Shown here in pieces: positions 14,139-25,509 of a stretch of DNA of 55,260 nt. The DNA is from Chara braunii (lineage: Eukaryota; Plantae; Charophyceae). Position 1 is the stretch's first letter. Every line of letters starts with the position of its first letter. The translations under genes and the position numbers were made by a program. The stretch is from assembly GCA_003427395.1 (NCBI GenBank), contig BFEA01000012.1, positions 1,412,123 through 1,467,382 of the forward strand, given 5' to 3'. The notes beneath the pieces are model-generated. The model saw nothing but the letters and a program-made list of their open reading frames with translations. It did not search any database and had not been told where the DNA came from.

Positions 14139-17100
14139 CGTTGTTGTTGTTGTCGTTGTTGTTGTTGCGATTATTGTGATTGGTGTTGCTGCTGTTGCTG
14201 CCGATGTTGTTCTTCTTGTTGTTGCTGCTGTTGTTGTTCAACAATGGCCTGGCATACATGGCATGAAAGTGCACCGAGTTTTCAATATCGCTGCCCACCA
14301 AAAAAAATAATCAGGAAATAGAAGTTCAGGCCCTCGGTCCGACTTTTTTCTGAGTGCGAGGACAGCCACCCCCATTGCGTGGTCTAAGCCCGGGTACACA
14401 CTGGGGAGAAGATTTCTGGAATCTGCAGAGCACCTTCCATCTTCTCTGACATCAGTATAAGGTCTATCCTCGATCGTGCCGGCCTGTTGGACCTGGTGTT
14501 GTGGAATGATGTGATGACCTCCTTTGTTGGTTGGGACTTGGCGGTATGTGTCATATAGCTTAAGGGAGGCACAGAAGTCCCTAATGATCTTCTCTTATGA
14601 GGGGCATGGGGAAGGGAGCTTCCACCTGTCCATCCATCTATCCGGTGCCGCATTGAAGTCGCCCGCAATGATCCCCGGGACTTCTGGTGGCATTTGAGGG
14701 AGTCTAAGAAGGTGGCCGTAGCCCCCACGAGATTCGGGCCGTAGATGCGTATATTGCAGACAGCCTCCAGTTCCAGCATTGACAATACTGAGACCCAGCT
14801 GCCCTCCTCCTTATCAGCTGCCCAGTTTAGCGGCTGCACCCTCTTTCCCGGCGGGATCCATATGGCAACACCCGCACTCCCGGGCCTCAGTGCGTGGGCC
14901 CTATCTGCTTGGTGAGGCCACGCCTTTTGGTGAGCCAGGTTGTGGTCCACATCCGGCCACTCCCTGCCCCCACCCCCCCGCAACTGGTCCCCCATCGGTT
15001 GCCATTTATCGTGGTTGGCGGGTGCCAACCCATTCACGTTTAGCGTTCTCGGATCCAGGTCAGCGTCTCTCCTCCCTTGTGCCCATGCCCTCTCCTTCCT
15101 GTACAATGACCTGATGGTGTTGATCTGCATGGGTGTAATTTGCTGTGCCACCTAGAACTCGCAGTATGGTTCCTGACTTTCCTATGTGTCGTTTTGTTGC
15201 TTGTGTTTTATTTGCACAGGTGTTCGCAGCTGCTATGATGAAGGAAAGCGTGTTGCAGAAACTCTGATGTTTGACTACCATCGCCAGCATAATATAAGTG
15301 AGTGCATGAGTGGGGGACTGGTTAGTGAAATGCTAAAGGGGTCAGGCCCGATGCCATAGGGCGTGTGTGAATGGGATCATGGGGCACTTGGGATTGGTGT
15401 TCACATTATCATTTCTGGGGGGGTTGCCGGCGGAGGGTTTGAGGACGACGGCCATGACGATAGCTATGGTACCATGACCATGCCCCGCAGTTCATGGGGA
15501 GTGAGGGGTTTGTCCCGACAAGGTGAAGAAGAGCTTTAGAGGACAAGGAAAAGTGAGATCCACATTCAGTAGTATCCCCACAACTTGCCTTTCTCCACCC
15601 CTACTGCAATATCGTATCCCTGTGACTACACCTGCTACATTTCTACCCGGTCCCGGGAGACAACACGGGAACATAGTTAAGCATGGGGGCATGCCCACAG
15701 TAGGTAGACTCACAGACACACAGACAACACAGACAACACAGCAAGGCACTCAGCTTAGAAATCTCGGCAAACCAGACCATCAGACAGCAACTTCTCAGAA
15801 ATTCAGAAGTCTCAGAATGCAACTGTGTAGGGCTGCATGTTTGCTGTTGTGTGCTCCACATCTGAAGATTGCAAGTGATAGGTCGTGGGAGTGATGCTGT
15901 TGGATTTCTAGGCGGATACTTTTACGAGTATGAGCCGCCATTTACAGCCGAGAGCAGCACAACCTACCTTTCCATGGCAGGGGGATAAGAAAAAGAGATG
16001 GTGTCAACAATTATCCATGTCCTCGGGAAGTTGTTAGCACGCTTGCTTCGGAATGTCAGCCCTTTCCCGAACGTCTGCAACCTTAGAAAGTCTCTCGACC
16101 TTCACGATCATCCCTTTCTAAAATGAGTTCGCATAATCTGCTGAAGATGTTGTACATGCGAAGTACCATTCGCGCTTGAGATTCACCCGATCCATTTGAT
16201 GTACCAGGAAGGGCGCGAACCCTGCTATAAAATCTCAAAGTTACAACCAAAACTTATGGTGTACACTGACCGCCTGAGGACGCTCCCTGACCAAAGTTAC
16301 CCCCACCATACAGCCCTTCTTGTAAAGCACAGATCTAATCCCCCTACCCAGGAAGCAAGTTTGGCTCAATGAATCCTTGTATCTTCTTACTGCTGGGTAT
16401 TTAAGTCTACGCTGCCTAGGAAATCTATACATATATCACGCATTTTGTTAACGCGATTAAAAATGTCAAACCTATTTTAGAAGTAAGAAAAGTCAGAATC
16501 TCCGGAACCACCCAATTAGTCCCATCCATTATACCAAAGAGTCGTCAAGAAACCTTAGCTCTTCGGTGGATTCTTGAAGGCGCCTTGTGGAGACGACGTT
16601 TGACAAAAAAAAACATAAGTTTTTGTGAAACGAGTCAGATGACTGGTAACAGATGAGAAGTGTGATGTTTGCAACCGAAACGTATGTGTGTTTGAAGTTG
16701 TCTTGAATAAACACAACAACTAATGACAAGGCTGAACTTTGAGATTCCTTGTGGGCTGAAGAGGAGCTACAAAGGGAAGATGAGCTGGAAAGGAAATAGG
16801 AGGTACAAATCAATATAACGGAGTGTGATGGTATGTTCTCTTTCATCCAGAATGTTGCAGCAGCAGTTTGATCCCTCAGCACTTCACCTTTTAATACCCA
16901 GTCAATGTCATAATCTATCTACAGTTTCCTCGTCTCTCTCTGTTCTGCACCTTGTGATGCGCGAAGCGCCCTGGACTTTTCAACCTCGATGCTGGAGTGC
17001 TTGTGAGTTTTCTCTTTCCACCCCTAGAAAATGCGGGTTATGCCTGTTTGCTCGTTGTGTCGGGGGGAGATGGGCTGTCAGTCTTTTGTTGAAAACAAAT

Positions 17101-17342
17101 TGATCTGAGCAAGGAGATGGCCCTGCACCAGAGTGGGCGGGAGACATTCAGAACATGTGCAAGATGCTGGAGCTATTATTTTATTGATATTGCTTTCCCA
17201 CTTCGTCGATCTTTGTCGTGCGCTGCTACTGCTTCTCCACAGGCATTCGGGTTGCCCGCATTTTCAACACGTATGGTCCTCGAATGAATATCGATGATGG
17301 TCGCGTGGTTAGCAACTTCATTGCGCAAGCACTCAGGTAACG

Positions 17343-17402
<60 letters not shown>

Positions 17403-17784
17403 TCTCTTTGAAGGACCGGATATTAGCTTACCAGAGCAGAAACTACACTTGATCTTAGCCAAAGGCCATCACTGTCATCTTTCGACTCGTCTGGGGGTCA
17501 AAGATGCGAGGATGACTTGCATAAGTCCGGAATGGACTGAATTTGGAAAACGAAAACAAAACAGAAAAAGAAAACTCCCTATGCGTCGAAAAGACCGTCC
17601 ACGCCCCCCCACGGCATGTCTGGGGGTCTGTGACCATTCTCTCTCTTAACTCGTTTTCTCTCTTAACTCACTCTCTCTCCAACCCACTGACATGTGCTGC
17701 TCGGAAGACAGCGTGGACCTGTGCATCGATTGGGTTGTCTGTTAAGGTTTATGAATGCACTTGTCAGTGGTTCCATGAGAGAGG

Positions 17785-17853
<69 letters not shown>

Positions 17854-20800
17854 CCTAGTTTATGGCACCCAGCGCTTGTTGACTCCTTGCTTACTAATGG
17901 CCCTCTCTGACTGCTTGGCCCAGCAGAACTTGGACAGTAAACACGAGGGGGTTGAATTGACGATGGCAGCAGCTGCCGTCCCTTCCTATGTGAGGATTCA
18001 TCTTCCAGCCCTTGGACTTGCAGACCCTGATGACCCCGTACCTTGACGGTATGGGTCTCTTGTCCTTTGATGTTTCCGGAGTATTTGTTGTCCTACCTGT
18101 GACTTTGGGCCATTGACTCTTCCCTGGACTGGACTGGACCTGTCTCTTATACACATCTAGATGTGTATAAGAGACAGGGACTGGACTGGACTGGGCTAGA
18201 CTGCACTACTGGATCCTATGCGAGTGAGACTGACTGGACTACCGGACCCTATGCTACACTCACTAAGTTGGCCCTCGATCGAACCTGGGTCTGACGGCGC
18301 TGGCAGTGCTGACGCACAGAGGCTGCAGTCCGTCCATGTCCCCGCCTTTGGCGATATTCTGTTTTGGTATTGTCCTGAGCGATTCTCTTTTGGTGTGTTC
18401 TTCTGCTACTTGTGACGAGCTTGAGCAGCTTTTGTGTTGGTCCCAAATGAGCTAACGGTACTCTGTACGTAAAGTGTGCCATGGTAAGGGTACCGTGATA
18501 CTTGGTTCCGAGTAAAGAGTACCGTGTCCCTACGGCAGACATTACGAGTGCGTGCGCCGTGCTGAAATTTGACACTGCTGATCTTATCTTCATCATCAGA
18601 CTGCAGGTGTATTACGCTCATCAACACAGTTCTTGAACTTCCCCTGCACCCCTGCTGACTGAGCTAACCATCATCATCTCTCATTTGAGAACCAGGGACT
18701 TTAGTGAGCTGTCTATATTCACCTCTTCTCCAAATACTTTGTTTTTTTTTTTCTTCATAAACCAGCATTCATTTACCAGTCGAGCTATGCTTCCAACCTT
18801 CGGAATCAGTCTGTCTTATTCTCCTCCTCCTCAGCCGCCTACGGAAAGTTCACTTGCCCTCGACAGCCTGAGAATACTAGAACTCCTTTCCTTTGTTTTT
18901 TCATGTTTTTTTGAGGGGGGGAGTGCATCGCCTGGGATGTTTCCGTTGAAATTGGAATGATACAGAGGAGATTAGCGTTGCCCCTGCGCAAGGACGACAC
19001 GCAGAAATCGAGATAAGGCCTCAATTTGTTTTTATTTATTTTTTAATAAAGGGGCAGCCCCTGATATTATTCAATTATTGTATCCGTCTGATCCGTAGTT
19101 GCGGCGCAGCAGAGCGGAGCGCCATGCTGTGCGGTGCACCGCGCACGATGTGCGAATCTGTGATGTGTGGGCGCGTGCGCGCACTGTGCGCATCAGGCGC
19201 ATATACGCAGGGCGCAGGGCACGACACTACTCCCCTGGCGCGCGCGCAGTGCGCGACATGCACTGAGAAAAAAAAAGAATAGGGCGGCAGGCTGGCAGCC
19301 TTGAGATATCATCTTCAAGGGGAGCAGCCGCATGTAACTCCAGCACACAACTGTAACGCCCTGCAGGAATCATCCGCATGAATGTATCGGAGTAGAATAG
19401 TCACTTGTATACATTTGACGAAGCAAGGACCTGTTAGGGAGGTTCAGTGGAAGCCTGAGCAGCATGAACCCTCGATGACTTTATCTGGCCTGACGACACA
19501 TCTGACAGCGTAATGAGTGCTTTTTCTTTTTTTCTTTTTTTTTAATTAATATCTTGTAGACATAGGGCCATAGAGACCTCACCATTCACAGGGAGCAGAC
19601 TTTCTGTTCTGACGAGGTATGCATTACTCTACAGAAAGAGCCCTTTTGGAAGCTCACATGCAGCAGGGCACCAATGGGCCTAGCTCAGTTGGTACACCGC
19701 TGAACCGTTGAAATACAGACACATGAAGCACGGGTTTCAAGCGCAGCGCAAAACCTGTATCGGGCCCAATTCGTCAACTGCATACGTTGGAGGAAAGCGT
19801 GAGTCCTCGTTTTTTTTTCCCCTTTTTCTTTGTTTCTTTATTGTCTTGCAAACATACAGCCCGTATGTCAAGACACGGGAAACATAGTTGTCTTCAGTGT
19901 CAGGCACACTCATCATTTCTGTACCAGATGCAGGCTCATTGTTTCTGTATCTGACCGGACTTGTCTTCCATATACGCCCAGTAGTACAAGGAGCTGTTAA
20001 AAAGCTCATGGGAACACAGTGCACACGAGCCATGCGCTTTGCGCTGGGCGGCGCATGTGCGCATCTCAATGCGCCGCATGTGCGCATCTCAATGGGCCGC
20101 ATGTATGGTCCGATCCCCTCGGGACAAAGGGGCAGCCCCTGGTATTGTTGTGTCCGTCTGATCCCCTCGGGATTTGACCTCATGAATTGTTTATGAATAG
20201 TTAACATGTGCACCGCCCGGCCCGGCGGGGCCCGGGCAGGTCGCCCGGGCAAACCGGGCGGGCCAAAAAACAGCCTAGAATTTTTTTGTTTTTTTTTTGA
20301 GGGCGGGGTCGTACTGTGCTCGGCGAGAGGATCCCGAATCTGCAATAAAATTTTGGTTTGGNNNNNNNNNNNNNNNNNNNNNNNNNNNNNNNNNNNNNNN
20401 NNNNNNNNNNNNNNNNNNNNNNNNNNNNNNNNNNNNNNNNNNNNNNNNNNNNNNNNNNNNNNNNNNNNNNNNNNNNNNNNNNNNNNNNNNNNNNNNNNNN
20501 NNNNNNNNNNNNNNNNNNNNNNNNNNNNNNNNNNNNNNNNNNNNNNNNNNNNNNNNNNNNNNNNNNNNNNNNNNNNNNNNNNNNNNNNNNNNNNNNNNNN
20601 NNNNNNNNNNNNNNNNNNNNNNNNNNNNNNNNNNNNNNNNNNNNNNNNNNNNNNNNNNNNNNNNNNNNNNNNNNNNNNNNNNNNNNNNNNNNNNNNNNNN
20701 NNNNNNNNNNNNNNNNNNNNNNNNNNNNNNNNNNNNNNNNNNNNNNNNNNNNNNNNNNNNNNNNNNNNNNNNNNNNNNNNNNNNNNNNNNNNNNNNNNNN

Positions 20801-21042
20801 NNNNNNNNNNNNNNNNNNNNNNNNNNNNNNNNNNNNNNNNNNNNNNNNNNNNNNNNNNNNNNNNNNNNNNNNNNNNNNNNNNNNNNNNNNNNNNNNNNNN
20901 NNNNNNNNNNNNNNNNNNNNNNNNNNNNNNNNNNNNNNNNNNNNNNNNNNNNNNNNNNNNNNNNNNNNNNNNNNNNNNNNNNNNNNNNNNNNNNNNNNNN
21001 NNNNNNNNNNNNNNNNNNNNNNNNNNNNNNNTGGCGAAGGTA

Positions 21043-21073
<31 letters not shown>

Positions 21074-21075
21074 AA

Positions 21076-21107
<32 letters not shown>

Positions 21108-22481
21108 TGAAGAAGAAGATGAGAGGGGGAGGAGGAGGAGGAGAGAAGAAGAAGCAGAAGAATAAGAGGAGGAGGAGGAGGAGGGAAGAAGAAGAAGAAG
21201 AAGAAGATCAGACCGGCAGTCCTCGTCGACGGGCGGCAGTGGATGCTGGCAGGGAGCAGCACGACGATGGACGACGGGTCACGGCGAACGCGATGGCGAT
21301 GGTGACGGGCTACGGGCGACGGCTCTCCCAGGCGATGGCGACGGGCTACGGGTGACGTCTCTCCCAGGCGATGGGACTCCCAGCTGCTTCGACGAACTTC
21401 GGACGCAATGACGAAGGCAGGCGGCTGGAGGACAGGCCCCGTTTCGGAAGCCGATGCGGACTGCCTCAGGCCCTCCGAAAACTTTGGTTTTCCCTCCAAA
21501 TACTAACGGCCCTCCGGCCGTCGATCGTGGATGATCGACGGCCGGAGGGCCGTCAAAAATTCAAAAAAAAAAAAGCAGGCCTCACGGGCCCGACGCGCCA
21601 TTTTCTTGGCGCGGTCGGACCCGGTAGGCCCTGCCAACAACTGGACCCGTTTTGGGGTCGAAAACCCCCCGCCGTGAAGGTGTGCTGAGGGACCTCCCCC
21701 AGGCAGGCGCCGGTCGGCCGGGCGGCCCGGATCCGTACTCAGGCGAAACTGCCATATCTCCCTGAATTTTTGTTTTCGTTTCTGTTTTTTATTTTATTTT
21801 GTGTGATATGTATGTGCTCTAGGGTATATCTGTAATGATTCTGTATTTAAGTTCGGTGTATTTGGAAAAGTTGGCAAAAACACCGAATTCGGAGAAAAAT
21901 GTAGCGAACTCTGAAAGCTACTCTGAATAGGGAGAGTTTTATAGTGTGTGCTTTTTTTCGCTTTTTTTTTTTTTTTGCCTTTTTTTTAATGTTTGTATTA
22001 TGAGCCTGCACTGTTTGTTCGCTTAAGTTTCAACGGCATTGCTTGTGGTGATGCGGCGAAAAACCCTGAACTTTCAGCCTTCCATTCACCATCTCTCTCT
22101 TCGGCATTGCAGGGGGGAGACGATGACTGTCCAAGCGCCAGGAACGCAAACTCGAAGCTTCTGCTATGTGTCAGACATGGTGAGTTGTTCCCGATCACAC
22201 TGCATGTGCACTGTCCTGCCCTTCAGTCATTCCCGTTTTCATCGAAAAGGGGAATGATTGTTACCAAGGACAACTCTTATAACACCGAGGAAGGAGTAAC
22301 CATGTTGTTTCTCATGTAGTTTTTTCTCTGACCGCATCGCTTGGTGAAGAGGAGAGAGAGGAGGAGGAGGAGGAGGGGGGTTGCAGTCAGAGGAGGCACC
22401 AGATGTTTGCTGAATGCTCTTCTCTCTCTTGTTGTTGATGGCTTCCCCGGTCTGAACTTTCTGAAAATTCTCTTTGTGTTC

Positions 22482-22512
<31 letters not shown>

Positions 22513-22555
22513 GGACCATTTCTCGATTTATGCGTGTCATCCTTGCGCAGGGGCC

Positions 22556-22587
<32 letters not shown>

Positions 22588-25477
22588 ACGAATGTCCCGA
22601 AGGACAAATTCTCTTTGTGTTCTGATCAGTGTTCTGATCAGTTTTCTGATCTGGTTAATATCAGGTCTGCGCAGCGGAATAAAGAAGGGCAAGAATTCCA
22701 AGAACTTCAATAAGAATACAAGTGGCTGTTTGCTATGTGAAGAATCTTTGAGTGTGGATGGACCAAAAAGGCGTGGTGTGTGGTCAGATGGAGGATGTGT
22801 CGGGGAAGGGGAAGGGTGTGGAGATTTTGGAGATTGAGGGTGATATAAATGGAACAGACGAAGTTTGCGGTAGAGGAAAGAAGAAACAGCCATTCAGTTA
22901 AATTGCAAAGCATAAGGGCCCTCGGCCAGGTTGTAACGGGCCTGCGCCCGCCCTAAGTGGCGGGCCTACCAGGAAATGGACGAGGCCTGAAAAGAGGCCG
23001 ACGTCAGCATGCAGAGACCCGTGGCTTGGTTGCTGCACGCAGCATCTTCAACCAACCGGTAGGCCTGATCACTTGAAGATGCTGGGCCCAGCAAAGACGC
23101 TGAGGCCCCCTTGCAGTTGAGCCCCAGGCATATATTTGGAAGAGCCCAGGGAGCAGCTACTGGGACAGAGACTGCCCAGCCAGAGCCTGCCTCACCCAGC
23201 CAGCATGGACAAAATGAAGTGAGGCCGCCTCACTTCACACATTCTGGCTTGCTGGACGACCGTCTCGCAGAAAGGAAGAAGGGCGCTGGTGCCGTGAGGG
23301 TGTTACGGCAAGGGTGTCAGGTGCGTGGAAGAAGGAAAAGGGTAAAAAGAATGGAAACTGAACTTAGGGCAGGAAAGCAGGTTCATACATTCTGCAAAGT
23401 AATAGTGTGGGCATGCTGTCCTCTACACAGTGTCAGCGGCCTGTGGACTGCGCCGTGCCTCTCTGGTGGGGCACCGAAACTGGAAAACGAAAGAAAACAA
23501 GAAACACAAACAATGAAAACCTGAAACTGGCCACTATAGCAGTTAGATACGAACGTGCGAGTTTTGGTGTGAGCACAACTTGGTGCACGGCCTTCCCTGA
23601 CATGATCTTTTGTTTTTCTTTTTGTTTTTCGAAAGGCCCCTCAAGGCCCAACTGCCGAGCCTCGTCCAACCCCCGAAAACTTTGGAATAAAATGGGAAAA
23701 CTGCCACTTTTCCCATTTTTCTCAACACTGGTGGAGGTAGTGTGGTGGTTTAAACGGGAAAAAAATCATTTTTAACTAAATGGCTGTTGAACGGCTAGTG
23801 CATGGCCCTAACCTTGTGGAGAAACTGTTCGTCACCTACTACGAAAACGCCGGGGCAGGCGCGCCATTGACAAATTTCATCAATGCCCGGCGTCGCGTTT
23901 CGGGCCTCTGAAACTCGAGGTGAGGGGCCCGCGGCCGATGTATGGCCGCCTACTGTGGTAACAAAAAAAGAGGTTTTGGCAAAGCTGGGTACCAAACTGG
24001 TGTCTGGCAGTATGACAGGGGGTAGGTTCGAATTGAGTGGAGGCTTCAATTTTCTGTCATTGTGTGAAGCTCTGCTGTTTGTAGTTTCCATGTTCTTGTT
24101 TTCATCCGCTTAACACCACATTTATATTGGGACTATTCTGTAACCCGTTGTCACCACGGTGGAGAAACGGCGTCCCTCTGCTCTGGGAGGAGTGCCCACG
24201 TCTCCTACAGAGGAAGACTGTCGACCGACTCACAGTAGTGTAATGACCTGCCATAACACAGACTGAGAAGTGAAGTTCTGCCGATGGAATGGATGCCTTG
24301 CTGAGATTCCCGCATTCTGCTGTGTTTCTAAGTCTGTATGTGTGCGTGCCTGTGGACTTGCGTCCCTGTCTGAGTGCTTGTCGGCATGAGTGTGTGTGTG
24401 ACCGCAAGGGTACTTGCTTGTTTGGCAGGCCCGTAGGGCCGGTACTTACCTGTGGCCGTGGCATTGAGGGTTGCAGCAGGGAAAACACTCAAGTAGCGGA
24501 GCCAGGGGCTCGCGGTGCTTAGAGCAGCGGAAAAACACTCAAGTAGCAGGTAGGCCGGTACCGCACCCAGTGGCAGTAGATGTGCCGGGTACTCAAGGCC
24601 GAGCAGAAGAAGACAAAGTTGGCATTTTTAGAGGCCCAGTAGCGGTAGGCTAGGTCTAGGCCGGTACCAGTCCATCCAGTCTGAGTCTAGAGCCTGTACG
24701 GGCAATATCAGAGTCTGCAATGATGTTTCCCTCCGAAAAGGGAGGAGGTATCGGTTGCTTGGGAGGCCGAGCGGCCTGAAAGTCACCGCCCAGGAGGCAA
24801 GTAGCCCGCTATATCAAGAGGCCGCGGCAAGAGCTCTGCCTCGTTCTTCAGTGTGCAAGTTTGGCAACAAGCTGCTGGAGCGCTGGCTGGAGTGGCGCTG
24901 GGTACTACAGCGCTGCTAGGAGGAAGAAGCCGGGAGCTTCCACCTTGGCTATGGTGGAGCTCTACCGGTAGGAGGAGGAGGGAGAAGGGGACCAAGGAGG
25001 AGAGTGGCGGGGNACTTACCTGGCTATGGTAGACNCCATCTTCATCACCTTGTTAGGCGCTGCATCTGGAAGGCCCCAGTGGGGGTAGTGCCGCATCAAG
25101 GAAGCTCGGGACAGAGTCAGGCATGGCGGTTGAGTAGGCAGCGGCATAGCTGCAGGGAGTTGACCTGGGGACAGAAGGGCAGCGACATAGCTGCTTTGGG
25201 TTGTCCTTTGGACAGGAGGGAGANCCCTCAGTACTCCGCCATAGCCTCGGCCTGTATGTAGAGGAAGAGGAAGGGTGGCCATGACTATGGTGGACCTCAT
25301 GCTGTGCCTGCAGTAGAAGTGGGACTCGGACATTGATTCTGGTTCAGCCATTCAACATTATTATTGTTATTTCTTGTTTGAATAAGAGGGGAAGGAGATA
25401 AGGAGGAGGAGATAGGTTGGCGAGGAAGAAGAGCCTTGTCATTGGTCTATGCTGGAGTACACCATCTTCTTCATCTT

Positions 25478-25509
<32 letters not shown>

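Larger units (their letters stand above)
10385..15151 (-). mobile_element. Decayed L1/Tx1-type LINE ORF2 (APE endonuclease + RT) inside a UXS intron
   Basis: Minus-strand fragments: [21 protein letters not shown] (endonuclease); [44 protein letters not shown] (RT); [12 protein letters not shown]. Colinear with the 48.8-52.5 kb LINE. Many frameshifts and stops. Confidence 0.93.

Noticed and set aside
13128-14310. Long ORFs rich in N/T, V/G/A, L or C/W
   Set aside because: Translations of a stop-free trinucleotide tract inside a dead LINE.
18025-18060. CTGATGA followed by a hairpin (hammerhead-like)
   Set aside because: No GAAA after stem II and no stems I/III.
20201-21499. Long ORFs spanning N gaps (also 30361-31256, 39568-40401, 52812-54272)
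   Set aside because: Open only because of Ns and simple repeats.
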